From the IMG/VR virus record IMGVR_UViG_3300044799_000708: DNA of 64,000 bases. One strand, written 5' to 3'. How positions within the stretch are numbered: the stretch's first letter is position 1; every line of letters begins with the position of its first letter. Positions 1 through 9,801 of the stretch are shown piece by piece. The translations under genes and the position numbers were made by a program. Origin of the DNA: a virus (lineage: Duplodnaviria > Heunggongvirae > Uroviricota > Caudoviricetes). A model generated the notes under the pieces. That model made no database searches. It worked only from the letters and a program-made list of their open reading frames with translations, and was not told where the DNA came from.

Positions 1-294
1 GATGGGATTATTCCTATTGGCACTATAGGAAAGATAACAGAGATTGATAATGATTTTAGAAGTTATCGTGGGCTTCATCGTATCGAAGTGATATTTTATG
101 TTAAAAAGGTTGATTTGAACAGAAATAAATGGAAAGATTTTAGGAAAAATCAAGAATTTTTATTTCAAAATATATATAAAATTATTCATTATTTCCAGAA
201 AAAGGAACTGATTCGTGCAAATGAAAAAGAAGCTGAATGGTTCAAAGAAATGGAAGAAAGTTATTTTTCAATAAAATTGGCTGAAAAATTATGA
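1..294 (+). CDS. hypothetical protein, 5' end outside window
   Basis: Reading frame is open from nt 1 into track ORF 88..294 (track start is GTG); TGA overlaps next ATG at 291 (ATGA). Confidence 0.4.
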   Translation, partial: DGIIPIGTIGKITEIDNDFRSYRGLHRIEVIFYVKKVDLNRNKWKDFRKNQEFLFQNIYKIIHYFQKKELIRANEKEAEWFKEMEESYFSIKLAEKL

Positions 295-722
295 AAATTG
301 AAAGGGAACTCTGGGAATATTTCATGGATAAAAAATTTAAAATAGGCGATATAGTAAAGGTAAACAAAAAAATTGAATACGATGACAACTTTTTTTATTC
401 ATTTAAATATGCTATTTATCCACCATATTTTAATGGAAAGATTGGAAGGATTATAAAAATAATCACAGAACAACCAAAATATGATGAAAAAATGTATTCA
501 ATACCGATAAATCGTATAATAGAAGAGAGGCTATCATCTTTTGAAAACAAATTATATATGGTATCGATGATTATGCCCTTGCCGAAGACAAAAGATTTCC
601 TTATGGAAGTTATAGGCTTTTTGACAGAGGAAGAAATCGTTTTCGCCAATGAAAAGGAAAGGGAAATCTATCCCCATACAGAAGAAAATTTCATTTCGCA
701 GACAATAGCGGAGGAAATATGA
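291..722 (+). CDS. hypothetical protein (143 aa)
   Basis: ATGA-type overlaps with both neighbours; no recognisable motif. Confidence 0.5.
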   Translation: MKIERELWEYFMDKKFKIGDIVKVNKKIEYDDNFFYSFKYAIYPPYFNGKIGRIIKIITEQPKYDEKMYSIPINRIIEERLSSFENKLYMVSMIMPLPKTKDFLMEVIGFLTEEEIVFANEKEREIYPHTEENFISQTIAEEI

Positions 723-991
723 CTTGGAAAACATCAGAAGTCATATTGCTTGATGGCACTAAAATGAAATATGAATGGAAACACCACAAAAAGAAGAATG
801 CCATAGAAATCTTGGTGGAAAACAAGGGAAAAGTATCGCATATCCTAATCAATGCAGGATTGAAGGAAATAACCTTTTTTGGCGAGATAGACTGGTCGGT
901 GGCTAAAATCACGACCAACAAGAATGGCTTTAAATTCGAAAAATTGAGGACAGAAGACGAATTCGCAAAGAAAATGGCAGATACTTTGTAA
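719..991 (+). CDS. hypothetical protein (90 aa)
   Basis: Start overlaps stop of previous ORF (ATATGA); lysine-rich; no motif. Confidence 0.45.
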   Translation: MTWKTSEVILLDGTKMKYEWKHHKKKNAIEILVENKGKVSHILINAGLKEITFFGEIDWSVAKITTNKNGFKFEKLRTEDEFAKKMADTL

Positions 992-1188
992 AATTGTAAG
1001 GCATGGGAAGCCCGAACCAATTAAGCAATATATCATACAAACGGATTATGCCCTATCACCTATTAGGAATAATATGCACATTCCTAACATCAAGGCATAA
1101 CCTCCATTTAGTTATAATATTGGACTTGCCCAATTGCCTTGTCTCTATGTTATTCAAGAATTGTTTTTCTAACTATATAAATGCATAA

Positions 1189-2412
1189 ATGATAGAATTT
1201 AATAATATGAAAGCCAAAAAATCATACAAATACAGGCTTTATCCGAAAAGGGAAGCTTTATACAAGATGGAAAACACTCTGGAAATATGCAGACAAGTTT
1301 ATAATGAAATGCTATCGATAAGGCAGGCTACATACGAAATCACTTGTGAAGGTTTGAGCAAATTCGACATGAATAGTTGCATAAGATATGGCATTGATGC
1401 TGACATTTCGCAAGTCCATTCGCAGGTTTTGCAAAATATCAATGATAGGATAGACAAGGCATATGTCAACTTCTTCCGAAGGCTCAAAGAAAAACAAGCA
1501 GGGAAGAAAATCAAACTTGGCTACCCACGCTTCAAAAATAAATACAAATCGTTCACATATCCGCAGAGTGGATTCACGCTTGACGGAAACAAACTGCATC
1601 TATCGAAAATAGGAAAGGTCAATGTCTGCATAGGAAAAAAACAGAATAGGGTCTCTGGGAAAATGAAGACATTGACGATAAAAAGAGAGCCTTCTGGCAA
1701 ATGGTTCGCCATATTCAGTTGCATTGATGTTCCTGTCAAGAAATTGAAACCGAACAAAAGGGAAATAGGTATAGATGTCGGTTTGGAATACTTTGCTACA
1801 TTGTCGAATGACAAAAAGATAGACAATCCGAGATTCTTATTTCATTCTGAACAAAAGTTGAATGTATTGCAACGAAGGCTATCACGCAAGAAACTTCACG
1901 GAAAAAATTGGCAGAAAGCAAGCCATAAGGTCGCATTGTTACATGAGCATATAGCGAACCAGAGATATGATTTTCATCACCAACTAACGCATAAACTGAT
2001 AATCGAATATGGAACAATCTGCTATGAGGATTTAAATATAAAGGGAATGGTAAAGCATCCATATTTGGCAAAACATATTCACGATGCATCATGGGGTCAA
2101 TTCACAAGGTTGCTAAAATGTAAGGCTGAAAGTGCTGGCAGGATAGCAAAAGCAATAGACCCAAGAGGGACATCACAGACTTGTTCGCAATGCAGGAACA
2201 AAGTCCCAAAGACATTGGCTCAACGATGGCATAGATGTCCTCATTGTGGAATCAAATTGCATAGAGATTTGAATTCGGCTAAAGAAATACTTACCAGAGG
2301 AACTCTGGAAAAATACGCCTGCGGAGATAGGAGTTCTGCTCTTTTTGCACAAAGCAATTTTGAGCATAGCCTATCAAGGAAGCAGGAAATCCCTCAACTC
2401 ATTGGGGGATAG
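1189..2412 (+). CDS. tnpB: TnpB-like RNA-guided endonuclease (IS200/IS605 OrfB family), stand-alone IS1341-like
   Basis: 407 aa; C-terminal half has RuvC-like layout followed by zinc ribbon CSQCRNKV..x..CPHCG typical of OrfB_IS605/OrfB_Zn_ribbon; no Y1 TnpA nearby. Confidence 0.85.
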   Translation: MIEFNNMKAKKSYKYRLYPKREALYKMENTLEICRQVYNEMLSIRQATYEITCEGLSKFDMNSCIRYGIDADISQVHSQVLQNINDRIDKAYVNFFRRLKEKQAGKKIKLGYPRFKNKYKSFTYPQSGFTLDGNKLHLSKIGKVNVCIGKKQNRVSGKMKTLTIKREPSGKWFAIFSCIDVPVKKLKPNKREIGIDVGLEYFATLSNDKKIDNPRFLFHSEQKLNVLQRRLSRKKLHGKNWQKASHKVALLHEHIANQRYDFHHQLTHKLIIEYGTICYEDLNIKGMVKHPYLAKHIHDASWGQFTRLLKCKAESAGRIAKAIDPRGTSQTCSQCRNKVPKTLAQRWHRCPHCGIKLHRDLNSAKEILTRGTLEKYACGDRSSALFAQSNFEHSLSRKQEIPQLIGG

Positions 2413-2620
2413 TTCACAAAGATTTTTCAACTGTTTTTTCACTACCAGCTCACGATAGTTGCATTTTTTTCAATAGCGTATAAATGGCTACGTTACCTTT
2501 AGTTGCAGAAATGGAATATGAGCCTCCTTTATTCTTCCATTATATTAGTGGATTCCCCTGAAAAGAATAAGAAATGCAAATGCCACACAGAGTATCAATT
2601 CTGATAACATATTTTTTCAC
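2413..2620 (+). ncRNA. candidate omegaRNA / IS right-end region of TnpB element
   Basis: Non-coding gap of about 210 nt immediately 3' of tnpB before a convergent gene, where TnpB guide RNA and the transposon right end are normally encoded. Position-based inference only. Confidence 0.2.
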
Positions 2621-2623
2621 CCT

Positions 2624-3046
2624 TTAAAATGGCAATGCTTGTGCTATTGCCTGTAATACGCCTATCAATGCCTTTACAATTTCTATTATTATCGGAACTA
2701 ACAACACTATCGACACTATACCTGCTGGAATGAATAGTATGAAGCCGAGCCACCATAGAGTAGAAGATGTCATAAAGAATATGAATATAGCCCAAAGGTA
2801 TGTCACTATCTGTGCTGGAATTAACAAAGCTGCGGTTATTTGACCCATAATTTTTGTAGCATTACAAAATGTATCTTCGGAAGGGCAGGTATTCGTAAGT
2901 TCTAATGATGTTGCAGTAAATGGATTTGTCGGGAAGGCAGAGCCGAATACGGACTGACCTGTTAATGTTACGACTACCAGAAGGAAACCTATCAATATGA
3001 GATACGAAAACATTATTTCTGTCGCAGTGTCTGTCATATTAACCAT
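2624..3046 (-). CDS. polytopic membrane protein (140 aa)
   Basis: Several long hydrophobic segments; last gene of a three-gene surface-protein operon (overlaps 3039..4601 by 8 nt). Confidence 0.5.
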   Translation of the reverse strand: MVNMTDTATEIMFSYLILIGFLLVVVTLTGQSVFGSAFPTNPFTATSLELTNTCPSEDTFCNATKIMGQITAALLIPAQIVTYLWAIFIFFMTSSTLWWLGFILFIPAGIVSIVLLVPIIIEIVKALIGVLQAIAQALPF

Positions 3047-4601
3047 ACCTCGTAAGTATGAATTTCCTAACGAAATATACCACTATCATACCGCTTAACA
3101 CAAGCATTATCCATATCAGTAATGGTTCTATATATCCTATCCTTATGAATACGGTGAAGCCATAGATGAATGTCCCTATTCCTGCTATAATGTCGGCATT
3201 TATTATGAGTATCACAGTCATAGCCAAAAGGAAAAATATAGCCATGAACATAAGACCGCCTTGAGGACTGGTTTGGAAGGCACTCGCCCAATATGTAGAA
3301 AGCATTGGCATAAGGTAACTCATATTTATTGGATATGGGAAAGTCGGGTATCCTGTTACGTTTGCTGGCGATATTCCTATTATATACCATAGGTCGTAGT
3401 CTGGCGTGACATAACTGCTTCCATTTGGGCATGAAAGAGTCCAGTTGTAAACAAGATGTATAGATATGAAAGGTTTGCCAAAAACATTATAATATGTTGT
3501 ATTTTTTGAGTTTGGATTTATGACAAGACCGCAGTTCCAATAGTCAAAGGAATTGTTCGTTATTCCGCCAATCTCACAGTCTCCTTTCTGGCTTGTGTTG
3601 GCATAGTTATAAAATCTAAAAGTGAGATTTGCATTTCCGCAGGTGTTGTTAAGGTAAGAGTGAAAATTAATCACTTGGTTATGATATGCCTTCTTGTCTT
3701 GGCACATATTCTGTATGCTTACCCAACTTGCATTGTATAGGAAAAGGGTATATTCGCAGTAAACTGCCTCATCTCTTGGATATATGTGAGAGAACTGCGT
3801 GTTTATGAAATAATTATATTTCTGGTAGCCAGTATCTGCAACAAGGTTAGCTCCGTCTACTTCTCCTTCTAAAATTCGCATTTTAGCTTTCCAGTATTTC
3901 GGGTTATATGAAGGCAATTCCTCATAGTTCGTTATAAAACTGTCATACATATAGTTTTCGCAGCCTATTCTATGAATTCCAGAAGAGAGCGGATTTTCCG
4001 AACTGGCATCCAATTTTATGACGCATATAGTTCTTTCAGATGAGGATAATGGCGTTCCAGAGTATGAGCTATATCCGTAGAAATACACATATCTCGGAGA
4101 ATGTATTTCAGATGGAAAGTAAACGTCAACAGTGTAATTGACCATGAAGTTCGTGTAGTCGCCAGTAACATTCTCGCCATTTATGGGATATACAGGTATA
4201 AGGACAAATTTTGTCAGTATTATGTTCCAGTTCCTTTGATTCGAAAAATATACTGTGCTGTCGTTGTGTGTATAGTTTGCCCTCCAGTAAAAAGAGCCTG
4301 TGGTGTAATTGTAAAAATAAGGTGTGAAATAGACATCTATACCAGCAATGTTTACTCCTTCAACTGGACTACCACATATTCCAGCATTTGTAGAAGTATC
4401 CCAAGTCAGACATATAGTTCCATTTATAAGGTCGCTTCCATTTGCCTCTATGACTGCAGAGAAATTTATGATAGTTCCATTTTCAATGCTGAAACCTTCT
4501 GGCGGACTGAAAAAGTTGTAACTCCAATATATATCGGCTGATACATTTGCTGCTATCAAAAACACGAATGCTATTATCATGGGTAGTATTTTTTTCATCA
4601 T
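3039..4601 (-). CDS. secreted surface (glyco)protein with C-terminal membrane anchor (520 aa)
   Basis: N-terminal signal peptide MMKKILPMIIAFVFLIAANVSA, more than 20 N-x-S/T sequons, C-terminal hydrophobic helices ending in basic tail RKFILTRYG. Confidence 0.65.
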   Translation of the reverse strand: MMKKILPMIIAFVFLIAANVSADIYWSYNFFSPPEGFSIENGTIINFSAVIEANGSDLINGTICLTWDTSTNAGICGSPVEGVNIAGIDVYFTPYFYNYTTGSFYWRANYTHNDSTVYFSNQRNWNIILTKFVLIPVYPINGENVTGDYTNFMVNYTVDVYFPSEIHSPRYVYFYGYSSYSGTPLSSSERTICVIKLDASSENPLSSGIHRIGCENYMYDSFITNYEELPSYNPKYWKAKMRILEGEVDGANLVADTGYQKYNYFINTQFSHIYPRDEAVYCEYTLFLYNASWVSIQNMCQDKKAYHNQVINFHSYLNNTCGNANLTFRFYNYANTSQKGDCEIGGITNNSFDYWNCGLVINPNSKNTTYYNVFGKPFISIHLVYNWTLSCPNGSSYVTPDYDLWYIIGISPANVTGYPTFPYPINMSYLMPMLSTYWASAFQTSPQGGLMFMAIFFLLAMTVILIINADIIAGIGTFIYGFTVFIRIGYIEPLLIWIMLVLSGMIVVYFVRKFILTRYG

Positions 4602-6238
4602 TTTTCTGCTCTCCTTTTATATGCCATAAGGAATGCTATTACCATAAAGAATGATACTATGCCAGTAAGCATATCTGTCATTCCTATGGCTGTAAATGCT
4701 ATTATCATAATCATTATGATAGCCCCACTTATCATGTCCTTGTCTGGTATTTTCACTTCATTTTCTTTATATTCATGCTCAATATATTTGAAAATCCAGC
4801 CTACGGCACTTAATACAACGGCAAGTATGAAAAGAGATGCCACCAAGCAGCCACCTTCATAAGTAGAGCCAGTCAGCCAAACACCTGAACCGCACATCAT
4901 CCCCTTGAAGTCGGCAGAGTAAGGGGAAGTTGGAATGTTAGGGGGCGCAGGAGGTGAAGGTGGTGATATTCCGACATATGTTAGGCTTGTTCCTTCATAT
5001 AGGAAATAAGCTTCATTTGAGCCTTCATTTATATAATAAGCCATTATGCCAGAACCATAGATTGCGAAATCCCTTGTCCTATGTTCTGTTATCATGCTCG
5101 TAATCCTGTCGAAAATCCATCTGCTCTTTGAATTGTTTTGGAATAGGTGGACTAATGAATTATCGTTAGCCGAATATAGAAGGTGAAGATTTCCAAGTGT
5201 ATCTATCTTCATTGGTATGTGCGTATATCTTCCTCCAGCACCTTCGAATGTTCCTGTTGCGGTTTGAAGTGAAAATGACGTTGATGTATTAGGCATATAA
5301 TTTCCGCATGAATACCAGTTAGTTCCAGCCGTTACTGAACAACTGACTCCGAGAGTATCTGATGTATCAAAAACGTAGTAAAGCTGGTATTTGCTTCCGT
5401 AAGCAGAATTACACAAGATTCCGACAGTATCCGTGCAATTCATCGTAGCATAATAAATAGCATCTATTTCTTTGAAACCTATGGCAGACCCCCTCAAATA
5501 CCTCTGCTCATTAATCGTGTTTAAAACGCCTGTTTTTATGCTTGCAGGAGAGGTTATTTCATCAAGGTTCTTGTCAGCCCTTCCAGCAAAACCGATACCA
5601 TCGTGGTATGTAAAAAATCTATTATCCGTCTTTACAGACTGTGAAAGATATATTGTCCTTGTTTCTCCATAAACGTCTTTTGTAGTGAAATTCCATATAT
5701 TACTTATTTTTTCAGCATATTTTGTCCTTGTCATAGGAAAGGGGAATTGATAATAATTCTGATAAACTCCATATATGTCAATATTGTTTTTGTCAAACAG
5801 AAATACTGCATCTCCGTATATGCAATCGCTAACATCTTCAACGAAACTCCATATGTGGTCTCCCTTCTTTGCATAATAATGTTTCATCACCGTTCCATTG
5901 CAGTAGAATGCATGAATGTCGCTGCTGTTCTGTATAAGGCTTATACCATTTTCTGAAGTTACTATCTGCGAGGAAACTGTGTAAATATTTCCTGACCAGC
6001 TTCCGCCTGATTCCGTTATTACAACATTTTTTATCCCAGAAGGAGATGCATATACAACTTCCACTTGATTGTCATGCGTTATCATATCGCTTATGCCATA
6101 AACTCCAGAAAGGCTGTAAACATTATTATACGTCAAATTTATTGGATTTACCTCGTCAAATATTCCAGCATTTGTATTAACAGGAAATACTAAAAAAAAT
6201 AAAAATAATATTGCTAAAATTGTTAATTTGTTCTTCAT
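4598..6238 (-). CDS. secreted surface (glyco)protein with Pro-rich linker and C-terminal membrane anchor (546 aa)
   Basis: Signal peptide MKNKLTILAILFLFFLVFPVNTNA, many N-x-S/T sequons, linker PPSPPAPPNIPTSP, two C-terminal TM helices, tail YKRRAEK; overlaps next gene ATGA-style. Confidence 0.65.
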   Translation of the reverse strand: MKNKLTILAILFLFFLVFPVNTNAGIFDEVNPINLTYNNVYSLSGVYGISDMITHDNQVEVVYASPSGIKNVVITESGGSWSGNIYTVSSQIVTSENGISLIQNSSDIHAFYCNGTVMKHYYAKKGDHIWSFVEDVSDCIYGDAVFLFDKNNIDIYGVYQNYYQFPFPMTRTKYAEKISNIWNFTTKDVYGETRTIYLSQSVKTDNRFFTYHDGIGFAGRADKNLDEITSPASIKTGVLNTINEQRYLRGSAIGFKEIDAIYYATMNCTDTVGILCNSAYGSKYQLYYVFDTSDTLGVSCSVTAGTNWYSCGNYMPNTSTSFSLQTATGTFEGAGGRYTHIPMKIDTLGNLHLLYSANDNSLVHLFQNNSKSRWIFDRITSMITEHRTRDFAIYGSGIMAYYINEGSNEAYFLYEGTSLTYVGISPPSPPAPPNIPTSPYSADFKGMMCGSGVWLTGSTYEGGCLVASLFILAVVLSAVGWIFKYIEHEYKENEVKIPDKDMISGAIIMIMIIAFTAIGMTDMLTGIVSFFMVIAFLMAYKRRAEK

Positions 6239-6260
6239 ACATACTACTTGTCCTTATCAT

Positions 6261-6647
6261 TTAAATAATTTTTTTCAGTTTTACAGTGACTCTTTCGGCA
6301 TGTTCTCTTTCCAGTTGCTGTAGTTTTTTTACTGCGCCTGCGCTTTCGAGCCATCCCATTAATGCGCCACCGATACCTGCACCCCATACAACATGGGGAG
6401 GTGCAGTCAATCCAGTCATGGATTCTGCGAGCAAAACGAATGCTATCGGTGTCCCTATGCGCAGCATATGTATTTTCAGTTGCAAACGTCTATCCGCTGG
6501 TATCTTTTCTATCAGTTCGTGCAGTTTATCTCTTATGTGGCTATGGTGTATTCCTGTTCTGCTCGAAAGGGTCTTGGATATGTCTTCAAGGTTTTTCTGG
6601 TGTCTTTTCTCAAGATGTTCCAGTTCCTTTGTCGTCAAGTTCCTCAA
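6261..6647 (-). CDS. small protein with glycine-zipper hydrophobic segment (128 aa)
   Basis: Track start is TTG preceded by GGTGG; motif GLTAPPHVVWGAGIGGALMGWLESAGA. Confidence 0.45.
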   Translation of the reverse strand: MRNLTTKELEHLEKRHQKNLEDISKTLSSRTGIHHSHIRDKLHELIEKIPADRRLQLKIHMLRIGTPIAFVLLAESMTGLTAPPHVVWGAGIGGALMGWLESAGAVKKLQQLEREHAERVTVKLKKII

Positions 6648-6850
6648 TCAAACCACCTTTCTTGCTTTGGTATACATTCTCCTTTTGAGGCTTTCAGCCC
6701 AGTCCGTCAAAGATAGCGGTCTTCCCATATCCTCATCTTTGATTGTTTCTTCTGGGGCTAAAAGCTCGTCTTCATAACGCTTACCGACTATCCGTTCCAA
6801 TCTGCGTTCTTCCATTTGTAATCACCTGATTAAACATTAGCAAATGACAC

Positions 6851-7117
6851 TTATAATATTTTTTTGAGTTTTTCCTTTTCTTTCATCTTCTTTATATTTT
6901 GGGCAATCTGCCTTTCTATTGCTCTCCTTTGCTGTTTTTGGATACTTTCTGCCATCTTTTCATATTTTTTTTCTTCTTTTTCTTCCCATACATATGCTTT
7001 TTTGCCAATGTCTATGATGCTCTGGAAAAAGCCCTTCGGCTTTCCCTTTTCAGCCCTTTTTATTTTCAGCGTTGGCTTTTCAACATAAAATACCCATCCT
7101 TCACGTCTTATTTTCAT
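6851..7117 (-). CDS. hypothetical small protein (88 aa)
   Basis: Minus-strand array; C-terminus LKKIL; K/E-rich. Confidence 0.5.
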   Translation of the reverse strand: MKIRREGWVFYVEKPTLKIKRAEKGKPKGFFQSIIDIGKKAYVWEEKEEKKYEKMAESIQKQQRRAIERQIAQNIKKMKEKEKLKKIL

Positions 7118-7118
7118 A

Positions 7119-7379
7119 TTATGTCACCTTTTTTAGCCTTTGTTTCAATTTCGGCAATCTTATATTTTCGTAATATTTTATTTTCTTTCTTATTCTTTCT
7201 TTCTCTGGAAACAAATAAATTGTGCCTTCAATAGGTCTGTATACTATTGTCTTTTCTTTGCCTAAATCCTTTAGCAGTGTTTTTAGACTTTTAACTTTTT
7301 TTTCTCCGATTTCTATATTCTTTTTCAACAACCATTTTGTTCCTAATATTGGAAATTGTCTGGATATGTCAATTTTCAT
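7119..7379 (-). CDS. hypothetical small protein (86 aa)
   Basis: Array member; stop 1 nt from next start. Confidence 0.5.
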   Translation of the reverse strand: MKIDISRQFPILGTKWLLKKNIEIGEKKVKSLKTLLKDLGKEKTIVYRPIEGTIYLFPEKERIRKKIKYYENIRLPKLKQRLKKVT

Positions 7380-7380
7380 A

Positions 7381-7605
7381 TCATATCACCTCTTTCAGTT
7401 TTTCCCTCTGTTTATAACCGACAATAGGATAACCCAGACCTTTCATCAACTGTAAATATTCTATAATATTTTTGTCGGAGGGGGGGACATCATCTGTTTT
7501 TTTGTATCCTTTTCTTTCCCATTCGTCAAGTATTTTTCTCACCTTGTCTATTGCCTGTTGTTTGGTATAAAATTGATGCAGGACATATACTCCTTCGCTC
7601 ATCAT
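7381..7605 (-). CDS. hypothetical small protein (74 aa)
   Basis: Starts ATGATG inside GGTGATATGATG junction; ends LKEVI. Confidence 0.5.
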   Translation of the reverse strand: MMSEGVYVLHQFYTKQQAIDKVRKILDEWERKGYKKTDDVPPSDKNIIEYLQLMKGLGYPIVGYKQREKLKEVI

Positions 7606-7763
7606 ATCACCTTTCTGATTCTCAAATCTTCAAATGGTTTTTTTTGAGGGTTGGTTATGCTATGCAATGGACAGGTCGCATAAACTGAAAAATATCCTTT
7701 TGATATTTTCCAACCCTTGCCACCATGATATACTTTGCCACACTCGCTACATTTGACCATCAT
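7602..7763 (-). CDS. zinc-ribbon protein (53 aa, below track cut-off)
   Basis: Hand translation MMVKCSECGKVYHGGKGW..ATCPLH..RKVI; stop TGA overlaps next ATG within GGTGATATGATG. Confidence 0.4.
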   Translation of the reverse strand: MMVKCSECGKVYHGGKGWKISKGYFSVYATCPLHSITNPQKKPFEDLRIRKVI

Positions 7764-7891
7764 ATCACCCTTCCTATTTTTGCATGTAATTCCATTAATT
7801 TATTTCGGCATCTGAATAAATCTTGATTAAGATTTTCAATTTCTTTTTTTAGTAATATATTTTCTGTTTCTAATGTCTGTATTTTATTCAT

Positions 7892-8191
7892 TTATATCAC
7901 CCTTCCTATTTTTCTCTGGAAATTTTCAATTTGGTTTGCTATCATATGCGCCTTTCCATATCCCATTCCATGTTTCATCAGGTCTCTTTCGGCAAATTCG
8001 TGCATAAGGATATGCTTTCTCTCCTTTACAGGTATGGATTTTTCTATCCAAATCTGGTTCTTGGGTATGTAATCATAAGCCTTGTCGTGACCTCCAAAAA
8101 CGAAGCCGACATCGAGCAGGTTTCGTATCCTTGTTCCATCAACTATTTTAATTACCAGCTTTCCTATTTTGTTGAACTTTTTTCCTTTCAT
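7892..8191 (-). CDS. hypothetical protein (99 aa)
   Basis: Array member; ends IGRVI with junction motif. Confidence 0.5.
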   Translation of the reverse strand: MKGKKFNKIGKLVIKIVDGTRIRNLLDVGFVFGGHDKAYDYIPKNQIWIEKSIPVKERKHILMHEFAERDLMKHGMGYGKAHMIANQIENFQRKIGRVI

Positions 8192-8382
8192 ATCACATCT
8201 TTCAATTCTTTCAATTTCTTCCTGCTTAATGTCACTTTGAATCCTCTTTCTATAAAATCTGCACTTCGTTCTTCACTTTCCCTTAATGAATCTGCGTGTA
8301 ACAGCATCAATGGAACTCCTTCCGATGAGGATATGAATATCTCATATTTTCCTTCCTTTCCTTTCTTCTTTTCTTTTTCCAT
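8188..8382 (-). CDS. hypothetical small protein (64 aa)
   Basis: Array member; ends LKDVI. Confidence 0.5.
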   Translation of the reverse strand: MEKEKKKGKEGKYEIFISSSEGVPLMLLHADSLRESEERSADFIERGFKVTLSRKKLKELKDVI

Positions 8383-8383
8383 A

Positions 8384-8569
8384 TTACATTACCTTTTTCA
8401 GTCTTTCAAAAAATATTTCATATGGGTATCCTTCTACCCTATCAGTTCTTTTCACTATTGCTATTTCTCCTTTTTTTAATGTCCTCTGAAACTTTCCTGC
8501 CGTTTCTAATGCCTCTTCTTTAAATTTGTATGCTTCTTTCATAGTAATTCCTTTTTTATGAAACATCAT
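8384..8569 (-). CDS. hypothetical small protein (61 aa)
   Basis: Array member; ends LKKVM. Confidence 0.5.
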   Translation of the reverse strand: MMFHKKGITMKEAYKFKEEALETAGKFQRTLKKGEIAIVKRTDRVEGYPYEIFFERLKKVM

Positions 8570-8799
8570 ATCACATCCTTTAAGTGAACGAATTCCTTTT
8601 TCTTTCTGTCAAAACCAAGAACACCGATGGTTATTCCAGTTTCCCCTATCAGACGGAATTTTGCTTGTGAATTTATTATCAGATGTTTCCGTATGTCTGG
8701 ATTCATTACGAAATAATCCCACATTTTTTCAGAAGTTCCACTTTTTATTGTCTGAAAATGCTTTCCATCTGGTGCGAATTCCACTCTTGCTTTTGTCAT
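8566..8799 (-). CDS. hypothetical small protein (77 aa)
   Basis: Array member; ends LKDVI. Confidence 0.5.
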   Translation of the reverse strand: MTKARVEFAPDGKHFQTIKSGTSEKMWDYFVMNPDIRKHLIINSQAKFRLIGETGITIGVLGFDRKKKEFVHLKDVI

Positions 8800-8800
8800 A

Positions 8801-9046
8801 TCATATTACCTTCTTTAATCCCTTTTTGTGTCTAAAATATCTCTTTTCTTTGACATACGCTGTTTCTAATATTTTATCTCCACGCATTTCATCTGGAAGC
8901 AATTGCCAAGATTTCGTTCCATCAGATTCTTTTATAAAATATACTAAAACATCTCGTTCATTATTTGTTACTATTGCTTCCCCCAAATCTCCAACCCATA
9001 ATTTTTTACCTCTTCTAAAGGTAAAATATGGTTTTCCTTTTGGCAT
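8801..9046 (-). CDS. hypothetical small protein (81 aa)
   Basis: Array member; ends LKKVI. Confidence 0.5.
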   Translation of the reverse strand: MPKGKPYFTFRRGKKLWVGDLGEAIVTNNERDVLVYFIKESDGTKSWQLLPDEMRGDKILETAYVKEKRYFRHKKGLKKVI

Positions 9047-9201
9047 TTTATATCACCCTTTCATATCTTCTTTTATATGCATCGATTACAATTTCTGCTA
9101 ATTTTTGGTAATCACGCAATCTGGCTTCTTTTATGGTATGATTATGTATTATATCTATCATTTTTTCCTCTTCATTTTGGGTAAATTTTAGATTCGCCAT
9201 A

Positions 9202-9429
9202 TCATATCACCATTCCAGCCTTTTTTTTGTCTAACAATAAATCTCTTCTATACTTTTCATATTCTAAATCTGTCATGCCAACTCTGTATCCACAATTCAT
9301 GCAAATCATTTTACCTGCAAAAATTCCAGATGTGTGTTTGAAAAGCCCGAACATCGCACCGCATTTTGGGCATTTTTTTGGATTATATGGTGTCAAGTAA
9401 AATCTCACTTTTTGTTCTTCGGACATCAT
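9202..9429 (-). CDS. zinc-ribbon protein (75 aa)
   Basis: CPKCG..x..CMNCG; MM start. Confidence 0.5.
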   Translation of the reverse strand: MMSEEQKVRFYLTPYNPKKCPKCGAMFGLFKHTSGIFAGKMICMNCGYRVGMTDLEYEKYRRDLLLDKKKAGMVI

Positions 9430-9603
9430 TTCACCTTTTTCATTTTAGCCCTGCTATGAAGCGACTGCGTTCTTGTAGCCATATCCCATAGCGATTTCCT
9501 TTTTCCTTTCGGCTTTTGGAACATTATGTCAGTCGCTTTGAGCAGAAGACCGCCTGCTATCACAGTTCCACCGAGACCAATCAAATTATCGAGCATTGAC
9601 ATT

Positions 9604-9801
9604 TCATATCACCTTTTTTAAACCATAGACTACTATTGATTTTTTTATGATATTGGGGTCTTTCATTAATTCTTTTGTTCTTCTTTTAACTTCATTTGTA
9701 TCGAAAGTATATTCATCTATTTGAGGTGGGAGATTTCGAGAAATCTGAAATGAACGCTTATATTTATATATAATCATCTTTAATTTTCTTTTTTCTACCA
9801 T
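9604..9801 (-). CDS. hypothetical small protein (65 aa)
   Basis: Array member; ends LKKVI. Confidence 0.5.
   Translation of the reverse strand: MVEKRKLKMIIYKYKRSFQISRNLPPQIDEYTFDTNEVKRRTKELMKDPNIIKKSIVVYGLKKVI

Noticed and set aside
7931-8479. Long plus-strand ORFs inside the minus-strand array (e.g. 7931..8479, 14570..15127, 39464..40003, 15870..16361, 19805..20284)
   Set aside because: They are F/L/S-rich low-complexity translations antisense to well-coupled minus-strand genes, as expected for shadow ORFs in AT-rich DNA. The shared segment of 15870..16361 and 19805..20284 is just the antisense of the 198-bp duplication.
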